Made by a program: the position numbers and the translations under genes. A stretch of DNA of 64,000 nt from Catajapyx aquilonaris (Eukaryota): assembly GCA_000934665.2 (NCBI GenBank), contig KZ538006.1, forward strand, positions 1 through 64,000, written 5' to 3'. How positions within the stretch are numbered: position 1 is the first letter of the stretch; each line of letters starts with the position of its first letter. The notes below the pieces were generated by a model. The model was given only the letters and a program-made list of their open reading frames with translations, was not told the DNA's origin and searched no databases. Of the stretch, positions 24,601-38,071 are shown piece after piece.

Positions 24601-25914
24601 TTCTAATCCGCAAAAGTAAACGCTGGCTCCCCGAATTCGGGCAAACGTAAAATGAATATTCGGGGAGGGCTAGCCCCAGTCGTGGCGTCATCTCGAAAGA
24701 TCCTTCCACATCCGGAGTTTGGGTCCGGAAACAGCTGTAACCCTCCGACAATAATCCTCTTCCAGGTCAATGAGCACCGGATTAGTCAGCAGCGTGAAGC
24801 CAAGTTTCTACAATCCGGATGAGCCGACGCCTTGGTGTCTGGATTCCCTGCTGCATAAGAGCAAGGACAGCCCCCCCCCCCCCAACCCATCATCAGAATT
24901 TTGGGAGGGCTCCCCCCCTTTTCTCTGGCCCTTCCCATCCGAATGTCATCCGCAGAAGCCCGTTAGTATGCAGCCGGAGGATGTGGGATGTGGATCTGGG
25001 GGTTCAGCAATCTTTCCGGATAAACCAAAGCGACGGAGCAGAGGCCACTGGCCATTCCTGACCGGAGAAAATTGGGAGAAACGACCAGTCACAAAAGAGG
25101 GGAGGGAAAGGGGTTAAAAGGTCGTATGTCTCGAACGTGAGCTGCCCTGACCTCGCCTTAGGCGGCTGAATATTTCAAGGGTTTTGTTTCAGAATGCTGT
25201 GGAACATCCTGTAGAGGCTGTAAAATGACATTGCTATTATGGTGTCCCAATGAGAGCATACTAGACAGTAGAAGTTGGGGGAAAAATTTCCCGCGGGGGA
25301 ATATTCGGATCGCATTATGTGTGCCCTTGCGCTTCTAAACTGGTTGGCAATTCACAAAGGGCGCCATTATTAGTGTCATGTGCGTTCAAGTTGAGCTCTA
25401 CCGTTTGACTAAAAATTAGGCAACGTAGTTACCATGCAATAATTTTATTTGAGCAACTACCTGGCAGAAAAAAATACCGGAAGTGTACCAGAGTAACCTC
25501 AGGCACTGTACTGCATGTACAGTACATCTGTGCAATGCTAAGCACGGCTCCTGCATAACCGCCTTAAACGAACAGCTCATACAACCATTGGTATACAATC
25601 CAAACTTTGCCTCTCAAGTTCCGACGAATGCGGTACAGTGCAAGCCCATTGTACTCGCACGCAGCTAACGAAGTTGTCCATTGTATTGCAGAAACCTCCA
25701 CTTTGCCATTAGCATTCACCTCTGATTTTCCGCTTTGGCCTAAAGAAAGAAAGGGAAGGGCAACTAGTGGCAAAGAAGAGGGGGGGGGGGCAAGGAGGAA
25801 GAGTCGGAAAATGAAGAAGGCCCCTGCCTTCCTGACTTATCGTTCGATCTCAGTTCCTGCCGCTCGAACGTTCCTTTTATAATCTTGTCTCCATGCGGGA
25901 GATGCTGCCCGTCC

Positions 25915-25988
25915 AAAAAGAAGAGAGGAAAAAGAAAGAAGGGGGGGAACAGGAAAGAAGAGAGAAAGAGAGAGAGAGCAAAAAGAGA
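25915..25988. repeat. Polypurine (A/G-rich) low-complexity tract
   Basis: aaaaagaagagaggaaaaagaaagaagggggggaacaggaaagaagagagaaagagagagagagcaaaaagaga is almost free of pyrimidines. Confidence 0.8.
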
Positions 25989-28900
25989 TAAAATTCATAG
26001 CTTTCCCTGGAAGCTTTGGAGCAAATCCTATTCACCACATTAAGTTATCACCAGTCCATTCAGCGGAGTCATTCATAACGACAAAGGGAAATGATACTTT
26101 CAAAAGAGGGCTTGATGTTCTAAGTTTTTCTTTTTTTCTCTCTCTTATCCTGAAGAGTGAGGGGTGTGGTAGAGAGGCGGTAGAAACCAGCCTCTTCTTA
26201 CATAAGAGGACACCCCTGCATCTGTACAACAATGGACACTGGCTTTTGCGGGCTTTGCTTCAGCTTAAGCCTTGGCCTTTGAGGGATTTCTTACCGATTT
26301 CTGTTATAAGCTCTGCCCAAAGCATTATGTGCCGAAAAATGAAGAGCCTGTGGTCACAAATCGATTCTGACATCATAGACAGTTTAACATGCGCGTAAAA
26401 TATCCTCAGGAGTTATGTTTTATGCGTTAATGCTTTTTCCGGTTGTGCAGTAAATGATTCATATCGTTGCATTGTTAAGGACCTCCTTGATTCAAATAAT
26501 TCAAACGTGAAATATGCTGAAGGTCTTTCCTAGGAAAACGGGTTACCGACTCTTCCGCAAATATTTGTGCAAGAATTCAACAGTTACTTGCAATTTATTG
26601 TCTCAAAATATCAGCACACTTACAGTACTGTACAGTACAGTGTACACTGCACATGTCACTAAAACTGCGCCTGCTGGTTATACGTCCGGTTGTACAAGGG
26701 TGCTGTTGCATACAACCCAGGATACCTTTCACTGATTATTTCATGACAACTACACAAGTGATGCCTTTGCTTTGACAAGCCACTTACAACCACTTTTGAC
26801 AGGCACGCATAAGTAACCGGCTTCTGAAAATCCACCGACAGCACAATTGGGATGCGACACTTCACAAATCTCCCCATTTGTGGAGACTTGGAAAGAAGTT
26901 CCTTTAAAAAAATGGTCCACGTGATCGCATCTTCCGAGAGACGTTGCCTCTTCCTCCACTTGCGACTGTCACTTCTAGGATGGAAATAATTTGTGATATT
27001 GCGCTGCGGAGGAAACAAGGCGCAGAGTTGGGCGCGACTTGATTGAAAAGGAGGGCCGGAGAGGGCTTATATCTTCCGGCATCATTACTGTACCTCCAGA
27101 TCTTCCCCCAGCCCCTGTCTGTCTCCTTCTGTCTCGACTACTCTTTGCCGCACGAAACTACGCCTCTTTCCGGATATGAAAATGACTCCTATTACTTTTC
27201 CTCTCGTCTATAGGAGCGGGTTTTCATTTGCAAACAGGTGAGCCCTTCAGGGCTTGATGGGACTCAAAGGGCTGCTGCTGCGGCTTCAGAATGAAGGTCG
27301 AGTGGCTCATGTTTGGTTATTTTCAAGTCCTCAGAATGACGTATTAAATTTTCATCGTCTCCTCTGCTGCGTGTGCTAGGTCGTTCCTGGGCTGCCATAA
27401 TGACCCACCAGCACATTGTGAAAAATATATGCGTTGTTTTGTTGTTTTTATTTTGGGAACGACGGAATATATGTTGTTAGAAGCGCAAACCGCAAGGTTC
27501 AATAAACTCTTATGCATAGAACCCACTACAAAAAAAAAGGTTCTTGAGAAGCCCAATTTGTTCATCCTGAATTCCGCAGTCTGCTAAAGTCGATAACAAA
27601 TCAGGCTCGTTTTTTCTCCCTCTTCAGTTCCGGGCTTCTGCTTCCTCGGAAAATCAGCCTTCATTGTAAACATGAAGCCCATTCATTAAAACAAGATATT
27701 AATACAAACACGATAAATCAATACGGTGGATGTGTGCCTGGAGAAATTCTTCGCCCCGCTCTCTCAAATTAGGTCCACTATGGTTACATAATCTATGAGA
27801 TGAATTAAAAGTAATCTTCAAAAGTGTTTGAAAATGGCTCCAGAAAATTCCCCCGGCGAACGTCTCGACAAATTACTGCTAATCCTATTTCACTTCCTCC
27901 AAAAATCAATAGCAGTTAAATAACCAATGCGCCATGCAGAATTTCTATTCCTCTTTTCTTTAAAAACCCCCCCCCCCCCTCTTCGATATCTACCATTCCG
28001 GACGTAAAAAAGTTTCTGGTGGTGCAGATAAGGTGGGGGTGGGTGGAGAGAAAAAAAAAATACAGACAGCTACGAAGAGATGAAAAAAGGAGAGACAGAC
28101 ACAACCGAAAAGAGGAGCTAAAATGAAGTTGACGAGCGAGGATTCCGCAGAGGCCAGAGACGTGATAGAATCCAAGGGATGGTTGCAAGAAGCAGGTGAA
28201 TAAATAAAATATTCCACGGGAAAATGGATTCGAAAGGTTGGCAGCGGAATATGTGCGGACCACAGCAGAAAGGTATATAAGAAAGAGACGGGCACGCGAN
28301 GGGGGGGGGCTCCTGTTGCAGATTTTACGACCACCTGAAGCCACTTCATCAAAGGAAACAACGGACCTAAGGGTTGGTCTCTCTCTCCCTCCCAACCTCC
28401 CATCCATTCCATCCCATCCTTCTTGCCTCTCACGCTTTGCACCGCGAGTTTAAAACCCCCTTTTCCGACAGTGCAGTGTTTGTCAGACATGGCACTACGC
28501 TCCATCACAAGTTGACTGGAACAACGACATTTGGAATACCAGATGAGGCTTGATATTTTCAAGGTGGCGTTTGACATACATCTTCTCTGTCCGTGAGGGT
28601 GTTTAGAGTGCTCATTAAGAGTGCGAAATTGACTGGAATATATCATCTGGACGATTTAGGTGTGTAAACATGATTAGTGACAAGAAAATTGGCAGTTTAA
28701 ATTTTCAAGTGGTACGAAATCCGGACTTGGAGACGGGACAGCGATAAGACTTGGAGACGGAACATTTAGTAAAAATTTCCTCGGCATAAAAGATCACTGA
28801 ATGAGCCATATAGTTAGGGAAAAATGACACACACTATTGGACGAACCGACAACATAATTTTTATAGTCGAAATCAATCGAAACAATTTGCGGATCTGTAA

Positions 28901-29639
28901 TTTTTATACGTTAACAGCGGCTACAAACATTGTGAGAGTGATTTTTTTCTCTCTCTCTCTGGTCCCCATGGTAACTGATTGAATTGACATTGAGTCTGTC
29001 TACAAAGGTAAAGGCAAACAAGTGCCACACTCAAATAGCTGTAAGGCCCAGCAATCAAGCAGCTGCATTTTTTTGCACAGCCTGCAATATTTAGAGCCAG
29101 CAGAGAGCAGTATTGGCAACTAATTGCAAGAGCGATAGCAAGCAAAAAATTTTCTACCAATTAATTCGCTCCAAATCTCAATTTCCAAAAAAGTATTTTT
29201 TTGTAATAATTCCTGTAATATTCTAAGAAAAATTTCACATACTATTTCCATAATTATTGTAACTAATTACTGACAATGATGGAACATTAAAATGCATACC
29301 TGTACGTAGCTAAGTAAATGAACCGTAATTTTCAGCCAGTTACGTATATAGTGTTGCTCACTTTTTTTAAAGCAACAAAAAACCAGCTCCAACGGATTGG
29401 ACCTATACACAGCTCGAAAAGAAATGTTTGTTTCCGGTAAAGGACTCGGAGAATTTTTCATGTTCCTAACTTCACATTGGAAAGGAAAAACGATATTTTT
29501 ATAGCGGAAGAGTGTGGAGCAACGCTCCCTCACACTATTACTATAGTGGGCTCTCTCTCCTTCCTCCCCCAAACGTCGGATAGGAAATCATCCATCTGGA
29601 GAGACGAGGACCGGAATCCGTGAGAACGTCGGCGGGGAT

Positions 29640-29790
29640 TCCTGATCAGCCAATAACAGCGGGCGTTTCAGGCTTTTGTTTGTCTCGGATTGTGCCATTG
29701 GGACGTGACAAAGATGCGGGATAGGTGGCTTTTCTCCCTATACCCCGTATATAAGGCTTTTTCTCTCTCTCTCGACTGAGACCGCTGATA
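29640..29790. promoter_or_regulatory. Possible promoter-like cluster (CCAAT pair, TATATAA, CT repeat, Inr-like TCAGTC on the minus strand)
   Basis: CCAAT at 29650-29654, ATTGG at 29697-29701, TATATAA at 29748-29754 and GACTGA at 29774-29779, in CpG-enriched DNA. Confidence 0.25.
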
Positions 29791-31620
29791 CACAAAAGAA
29801 AGTGCTATTCACCATTCGCACAAATAAAATAAATCGCAACCGAGCCGCATAATTTCACATGTTTTTTACCTCCATATATTTGTTACTCCGAACCACATTG
29901 ATAATTACTGCATAAGTGAAATCATCCATAACTTCGCTTCAATTTTTTAGAGTCGCATACAGTTCTCCAAAGTGAATAACTGATCATGTTGTCTGATGCT
30001 AACAAAGTACTGCGAAAGAACAAGGTAGAGTGACGCACAATTTTACGCCATTTGGTTTCAATGCAAGCGGAAAATATAGATAAAAAAAAAGAACTAGTCT
30101 GAATTGGGTTTGGCCCGGAAAATGCGCCTCAAATACTGCATATTGAGTGTGTTCCATGACTATGCAGTAATTTAGATTGGTCTGGCACTGAGTGATGCAT
30201 GTTAAAATGTGGTTAGTGACCGAATGCAATTAGCACCCTCGTTTATTGAAACTATTTCCCTCCCCCGCACCAAATATTGAAAATGAAACATATCCCAAAT
30301 CAGGCTTTATGAAATTGCTCCTTAGTGGTGTGATCGTGTAAATAACTCAAAACCGGACATAGTTGGAGCTCTACAGCCAAATGTTCCAGTGGTTCGTCTC
30401 ACACCGAAAGTGCAGCCTGAGATATACCTTGCTAATCTATATCCAGCAAGCCATAATATTATTCCCGACTAATTGCAGTGCCCAGCGCCTCGTTACATTA
30501 GCCGGTAGCAAATTGTTTGGTTCCCTGGAGAACACGCAGTGTACAGTTCACTTGACTGAAACCGGGCCCTGGTGGAACACAGAAGCCAGATGTGTTCCAT
30601 AGTCCAGTCACACCCAATGGATCGGACCCTGCATTCCTCATATACCCACGCACACCCACCCTCCACAGCAGTCGGCATAAAACAAGGGAACAATCCTATT
30701 AGGGGGCCTAGAAGCACAGGGGGGCTCTGCAATGCAATGATCCAGTTGCTGCCTTTGTCCTGAGATCGAAAAGGAGAAAAGCTGGCGACAAACACTGGCG
30801 CCGTCACGCTTTCGCTACCCGGGTTTGATCACTGCCCAACACCCGGATTTTTCTGCCGGCTACTGCAGTTAATGCTGGGGGGACCACTACTCACTCCGCC
30901 AACAACATTTCCTCCGCTTTCAGCATGACGAGTGACAAGGAGAGGCGCCGCCAACACCGTTGGTCCGTGCCACACTTCATCAAATTAATGAACAGGTAGC
31001 GGGGGGCATGTGCACAATTGCTGCAGGATGCAATCACATATCAACCCTGTAGGCCAGGGTTACATGGGATGCGGTCAGTTCTTCAGCGCACTGCCAAAAT
31101 GTACGCTAAACAGTCCTTGGGGCTCAGAGCATAAAAGTGTGTGCATAATGAATGAGTTTAATTAACCTTCTCGTCTGAACACCGTGTCCGATCGGCGTGT
31201 TTCTCTCAAGAGCAGTAGAGTGCAAAAGCAATAATATCAATAATTAACCTGCCATATAAATTATTGTAACGTTACTGCAATTTCACCGTCTAATTGCGAT
31301 TCAGTGGAAAGAAGAAAAAACAGGGCAAGGCAGGTAAGGCAAGCGGTGGTTTCACAAGAATCTCGTTCCAGGTCTTCTAATTGAGTGACACTTACAATGA
31401 AATCTAATTATTACTTGACGAGTTTGGAAGGTGTAGAGCGAAAGAGGTGGCAGGCGACGTCGGTTCAATGCTCAGGTGTTCTCATCGCCTCGTGCCAGAA
31501 TCTGCTTAATTTTCATTTGGTGGCAAATCGTCACCATCGCTTACTTTTAATTGATATTTATGAGTAATTCTTTTAAAATATATTTATATATAATGAAAAT
31601 TCCTTCCGAATGTCTGTTTC

Positions 31621-32080
31621 GAGCCAATCACGCCACCCATGAATATCGATATGTATCGATTAATCGTTGAAAAAATGCGGCAAATCAGTGGCTAGTAAAA
31701 GCCAGCTGACTGATTTTGCCTTTCAGAAGTTTCTGTGAATAAAAATTGTCCACTTTGTGTCAGTGTCCTTCCCCCCTGCGGACACTGGAGCAAACCGTGC
31801 GTCATATAACCTTATCAAACGAATGTTATTCAATTGGCTCAGTCACCATTCATGTCAGCACGTCCAGTGCCAATGTAAATGGGTCCCATTGAGGCACAAA
31901 AGGCTAACTCCTACAAGGCAGCTATTCAGAACCAATGATGGGAAACTCACTCCGGCTGACCAATTAACAATTTAAATGACCGGGAGCCCGCGTACGTGGC
32001 CCGCACAGCTAGAGACAGAGATAGAGCTAGAGAGAGACAGAGAGAAAAAAAGTCTGACACCGACTCTGTATCAGTGAAGC
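31621..32080. promoter_or_regulatory. Orphan promoter-like cluster (CCAAT boxes, tandem DRE-like TATCGAT(A), GA repeats, Inr-like ATCAGT)
   Basis: CCAAT/ATTGG at 31624, 31833, 31870, 31932 and 31960. TATCGATA at 31644-31651 and TATCGAT at 31654-31660. A CpG patch at 31980-32005, a GA-rich tract at ~32010-32046, and ATCAGT at 32070-32075. No associated coding exon was found. Confidence 0.35.
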
Positions 32081-34204
32081 CTTAATGCAAGAGCTGGCTT
32101 TAACCAAAATAGACTCTTCCGTCGGAAGGAGATTGACAGTCACCCTCGGCACCGGTTGTTAACCAGGACTAGCGGAATATCATTTCTCTTCCGCGTTTGT
32201 CTTATTCGGGCCAAGAGATAATGATCCTGGATGGAAGGAAGACAACTTTCATGTCCCGGCCAAATGAAATGCGAAACTAGATCGGATGGCATCGTCTAAT
32301 GGCATGTCATACCGGTGGGAGAAACCACCTTGGGTGAGAATTAGACCAGGTTGCAGGAAAAAAACAGGATGTAGCAATACGGATGATAAATAGCATAATT
32401 ATGCGTGGTCCATTCACCTGGTATCAAAAGCTATTTAATTAACAATTAACAATTATTTGAATCAGTGGTTATTTGACGCGAATGTTTACACACAATGGAA
32501 CCCTATGGACAGAATCACTAAATGTATAGTCAGTTGTGGTAAGCTGTTCACAACTACGAGCCCAATATTCCTTTAAAAATCAAGCGTTAAGTGTAAATCC
32601 CAATTTCCCATGACACCGTCTGTTGACCCCCTCAACACCCATAAAATATCGCGCACAAAAAAAAACTTCAATTGCTAAAGTGTGACAATCTAGGTCAAGA
32701 ATGCCCAAATCGAATTCCCCTCCTCCACTTCTCTCCCCTCCTACCCCCACATCCAACCCTAAAAGTTGTTCAACGACAAGATGAGAGCCCCCTTTATGGT
32801 GTCGGCGACGACGTCAAGAGAACGGTCTAAATCCTCTTGATGGCCGTTTCTTGGTCCACCAGGGTAACCCCAACTCGGGAGGGTTCTGGGGATACCTCGG
32901 GTAACCACACCCGGAGGAGGCATCACGAAAGCATGCGGACAACTACTCTCCCAAGGATATTCACGCCTCCAATGTCGCCTACATGCACTACATCACATTG
33001 AAAAACTTGCGGAGGAAAATACCCCAACTTTCTTTTGAACTATCACTTAAAACACAGTCATTGTTGCTGGAATATAGTTGAAACGAGCCTGCTGTACACT
33101 TCAAACGTAATCTACACATACAGTACAAGGGGGTTTAGTAATTACTCCTGACTGCACCACCCTCTTATTAGAGGCGAAAGCTCTGATGTGACACTAATTC
33201 GACTTGATTTTTAGAGCAATTATTATTCCAAACGGCACCTGGGACACCTTTTTGATTTCTAATTGCCCTCACCAACCAAACGAGCGCCGTCACATGTGGG
33301 TGAAGAGGTGATTGAGGCCAATTTGACGCTCTTTTACGTTCCACCACCCCTCAGCACCAATATAAAAAAAAATCCTGAACTTACTGCTCAGGGTGCCCCC
33401 ATTAAAACCGCCTGACTTTTTTTCCCCCTTTCTCGCTCCCTTCGTTAATGAAGCAGTGCGAAGGCCCATCCGTGCCTTTCTACTACCCCAACATCTTACC
33501 CATTTTTTTGTGTGACCTCTTCACCCTCCTGGACGTCTCCAGAAAAATCCTAAGCTGATTTTCGCCTCTGCGGAACCCACGACTAGGGCACAAAGGGGCT
33601 TCGTTAGAACTTCGTCATCCTAGACCTGGTGACATATCCGTAGGGACAGGATCGTACAAAAAATATATATATGTAGTGTATCCATGGCAGGGAAAACTAC
33701 CTGTCAGAATCTCCATCTTGCAGCAGACCTAGTCGAACCTTATTTCCCAGGCTCCCCGACGATAGCGTCGGTGCCTAATCCGTCGCTGGCGTAATTAGCA
33801 GCCTGGAGGAAGGCGGGGGGGAATAGGGAGGGAGTAAATGGGGGGGGGGGGNGGGGTCTAATGGGCTTTTAAAATGTCGCCCCCCCCCCTTCCTAGTTGG
33901 CGCAAGGCCAGAGGGGGGTTCGGAAGGGTGACAAAAACGGGGATTCGGAGGTAAGGGGTGGGGGTTGTTGCGAGTCCACATCCTTACCAAACTGCTGAAC
34001 AGTTGTCAGCAGAAATGGTGGCCTAATCGCCATTAATAGACCCCTCCCTTGCTTATTAACGCTTGTTTCATTACGGTGCGATTTCATATGAGGACGCGGT
34101 AATTAAATGCCACAATATAGTGTAGCACTTACTGTGAGTCATACCCTCATTAAGTTGCACAGAAGGCACAGAACACCTAATGTGCACATTGTAGAGGGAA
34201 TAAG

Positions 34205-34490
34205 AGCGCACCAACTTTAAACAAACCTTAGAAAGTTTTTCAAACACACTGTCTTGTACTGCTAGGTGATTCCTTACATCTATTTTTTTTTAAATCATGC
34301 AGGGCCACAAACTGTGCCTGGCAGGGCCACAACAAAACTAGCAGCGCACCAACTTTAAAAGAATTATTATTGCTTAGAAACAAACCTTGGAAAGTTTTGC
34401 GTAGACCTACTCACTAATTGTATTGCTACTTGCTACCTCATATCTTTAAAAAATCATGCAGGGTGACTAACAGTGCCTGGCAGGGCCACA
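34205..34490. repeat. Diverged tandem duplication (two ~130-150 bp copies)
   Basis: Shared blocks occur in the same order: agcgcaccaactttaaa (34205 and 34343), caaacctt[a/g]gaaagtttt (34222 and 34381), aaatcatgcaggg, and gtgcctggcagggccaca (ending 34331 and 34490). Confidence 0.8.
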
Positions 34491-35441
34491 GGACTACTGG
34501 GTGCGGTAAGAAAAAAGTCATACAGCAATACCATGACAATGTCGACATTTTTGACAGGAAGTATAGTCTAATAAACATGCATTGCACCATGATGTTTCCA
34601 AAAAAGTGTCCACCCCTTTCGGTCATTTGAGGCACGAACCGGACCAGCAATAGGCACACCGGATAGGAAAACCTTGTCAGGGGGGAAAAAAAACCCTTTT
34701 CCTCCTCCCCCCCTCAAAAATCCTGAGGAGGAAATGAAATGATCTCTGCTCCCGACACCCAACCTTGTTGCCCGAAATGTGCTCGAGACGTGATAGGAAT
34801 AATCCGTGAAGATTCCAAGGAGTATTCAGGGCACCCTGACATTTTCCATGGCCGCCCTATTTGAAGCAAAACCGGAGCCACCATTTTTACCAAGTGCTTC
34901 TATTTTCACAAGACGTTTGCATTTTTTTTCTTCTTCTTCGCGGTTTTTCCTACCAAACTCCCGACCGTGTCCTTTTCTCACCCAAAGTGATACTGAGCGA
35001 CTAAGCTCTCAGCTAATCCATTCACACGGCTTCGCCGACCATGGAAACCAATTTCACACTGATTTCACGTGTCCCTCCTCGTTTAGGTTTATCGTGAAAA
35101 GGGTTCGGAGAGTCCCTTTGGGCCCCGGTGTAATACCGGGTACAGAGCGAGTAGGTGTGATGTGGATGGGGGAGGGATGGTGCAAAACACAAACAAATGA
35201 AGAGAGAGCTTTACGTAGTGATCCACTGCGATGTACAACATACGTGATTGCTAAACACCACAAATCCCCATTTGCAGACAATAGCATTTGTTGTTCTTTA
35301 CCTGGATGGCTTCCCTTTGTTCATTAGCTGAATAGGATGCTCAACCCTAGTGTAATGTGCTGTTTTTTTACGCTTGCTATTCGACTATGGAAAATTAGTT
35401 GCGGGGATTAGTCCTGAAGGCTGTGTACATAGTTTTGCATC

Positions 35442-35505
35442 CACACTACTTGTACTGCTAATTGATGCCTGGCATCTAAAAATGGCGACGAACCGTGCCT
35501 GGCAG
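35442..35505. repeat. Partial third copy of the 34.2-34.5 kb repeat unit
   Basis: cacactacttgtactgctaattgatgcctggcatcta...gtgcctggcag resembles cacactgtcttgtactgctaggtgattccttacatcta...gtgcctggcag at 34245-34323. Confidence 0.6.
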
Positions 35506-38000
35506 TGCCTGGAGAGGTAAGCAAAAGTTACACGTGACATGCGGTATGACGCGATTCAGACACCCAGATCCTGTCTGAATCTGATGACGTATAATTTTGA
35601 GCAAACCATCCGCGAAACACCAACTGGATGCTGCAGTCCTGAATTATTATCATATTACTCGCAACCTAATCATATTCTTGCACAAGTCAAAGTTCGCCAA
35701 CTATTCCAAAGAGAGTGGGGGTGGGTGGAGATGGGGGTGGTAGGATTTCGAGGGAGTGATTAGGTACTTTGGACATTAATATTCAAACAGGCTATTAGAA
35801 CTCTTTAGTGGGGAGGAAGAGCAGGGGGGGAGGGGGAGGGGGCCAAAGGCGAATTGGGGAAGAAGGTTCACGGATTCAGTAGGAGGTTGAAAATTTTTGC
35901 TATCCCTGGTACTCTTGGCAGCTAATTATGCCGTCCTTGGGGCTTAGACCAGGAGGCGGAATTTCCTCTTCCAGCATCTACTCTCCAACCTCTCCCAGAG
36001 TTCTCTACGACATTCCTCTCACATTATTAGCCCAACGCATGGCTTAATATTGGGCGGCTTCCACGGCCTACGAGTCAATATCGGGTCGAGAAAGTTGCAA
36101 GAGAAGCGGAAGAATATAAGGGTTTGGAGAGAAAGAGAAGGGGGAAAAAAAGGGAATAGGAGTTTTCTCCAAGGGTCAAAATATTCATAATAGAGCGGAA
36201 TGAGTCGGGCTTTTGAATTTTACGAAGGAAATGAGAATGCGGTGCTGGAAGGCAAAAGATCAAATAAGGCAGATAGAGAGACAAGGCGGGAAGGTTGCCT
36301 CGGCTCGGATTATTACATGTCAGGAAGTTCGGTGGTTGGTCAAAACCCCCAAAAAGGGGAGCTTACAAAGGAACAGAGCCAGAGGTGGTGAAAGGCAAGG
36401 TAAAGATGTGCGAAGTGTGAATTTCTACATTTCTGGGCTTATTTTTCGCTCGGAATTTACATGTACAGTTTCACTCGTTTCCTCATCACATTGCATTTTC
36501 AAGTACACTTGTATAGAGAAAATGGTATACTGTATACAGTATTTTGGAATTAGTATGAAGCTAAAATTTCTAGGCTGTTTCGATAAACTCCCTCGTAGAA
36601 CAATGGTTCTATAGTCAGCGCAGGATAAACTTTCATCTCATGCCCGAAACTAATCAATTACCGAACAAGCCTCTACAGATAATTACAATTATTTTCCCCC
36701 CACCTAATTGAACGCGCCATGCTGCATAAAATGGATACTTAAGCCCCCCCCCCCAACCCACTTTCAGAAGCTCCCTATTAAATGGCCAATACCCTCATTA
36801 GCCTAAATATCCGTCCCCCTCTCCCCCTCCATACCTACCCTCTCCAAAAAAATGCGTCCCCTTACGAATAGTCCAGGCCGGACATCCTTCCAGGCCAAAC
36901 TGGCCATTATCTCATCGGGAACCTTTCACGGAATACAAATGCCCAGCAAATGTTTTGCCGAATGGTAATAATTGTCCGGCCGAGTCCGGTTCTGCAGTGG
37001 ACGTGGGGAGGTTGGAAAATCCGGAGATGGTGGGGGGAGGCATTGGGACTAATGTTCTGTCCAGTGCCAAATGCGTGGAGAGGGTAATTAAAATAATAGA
37101 CTCATCCAACTCTGAAAGGAATGGCTGGGACGGGGGAGAGCTTGAGGTGGGTTGTTTTGCAGCCTGGTTTTAGCACAGGGTTTTAATATAGCGATTGCAG
37201 TCGCTTTTTGGCTTGATTGGTGGGTGGGGATGCGGTCGAGCGCACGTGTGATGAAGAAACCGCTGTCCATTTATTTAATTCTGCCCGCTAACATGCAATG
37301 AAATTGATTTCTGAAATAACCAGTGGTCCACCCACACTGGGGGCCCTCCACGCTTTTTTAATGAGAGAGGAATCAGCTTGCATCGTCAGCACGGTTTAAA
37401 TTTCAAGTAATCGCGGACGGTAATGATGCGCGAGAGTGAGCAAGGGTTATTTCCGCCTGTATTCAGCGGGCCAAAAGATCCTAACTTGGTTTTGGAGAGC
37501 GAAGGCCAATGGTGGGGGGAGGGGGGGGGGGGCTGTTCGATTTTATACAGGGTGTGCAGTAATGACTCCATATTTGGGTCTCACAGGATCATTGTATGTA
37601 CTGTACGAGAGCAACTTGGTGATATGTGCTGGAATCATTACTAAACACCCTGTATCAGTCTGGATTATTCACACTGCCCTGCACACAGTGATTTATGACA
37701 AAATATACCTTACAGACGCACACTTTAATGCATATCATATATGGCTTGAATGTTAGGGTATTAATATTACAACGACTAATGTCTGGGCCTGCAGTACATT
37801 GCGCCAACTTTTTATCAGCCATGCACTCCATAGCATAATATTTATGCAAAAAGAAAAGGAACTGTCCCTTTAAATATTTGAAAAAGAATATTCCACTATC
37901 ATAAGTCGCCTAATTCTCTATAATCATAACATTTACGATCTGAAAATGGTCTGAAAGCTTCTAACATGCAGTAATACAAACATAGTCAAAGGCTTAAATT

Positions 38001-38003
<3 letters not shown>

Positions 38004-38069
<66 letters not shown>
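38004..38069. repeat. (AT)n microsatellite, ~33 units
   Basis: Uninterrupted atatat run. Confidence 0.97.

Positions 38070-38071
<2 letters not shown>

Noticed and set aside
27916..28646. 163-aa and 218-aa minus-strand ORFs
   Set aside because: They are Phe/Leu/Ser-rich products of purine-skewed DNA spanning an N and a G-run, and are not protein-like.
28723..28762. Direct repeat gacttggagacgg x2 (similar pairs at 469/487 and 53250/53269) as CRISPR-like
   Set aside because: There are only two short copies with a tiny spacer, in a eukaryotic context with no cas genes. These are ordinary micro-duplications.
32040..32058. Resemblance to the reverse complement of miR-14 (gagagaaaaaaagtctga)
   Set aside because: The seed region mismatches and the similarity is due to low-complexity GA sequence.
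35575..35650. CTGATGA...GAAA hammerhead-ribozyme-like core
   Set aside because: No convincing stems I, II or III can be formed around the core.
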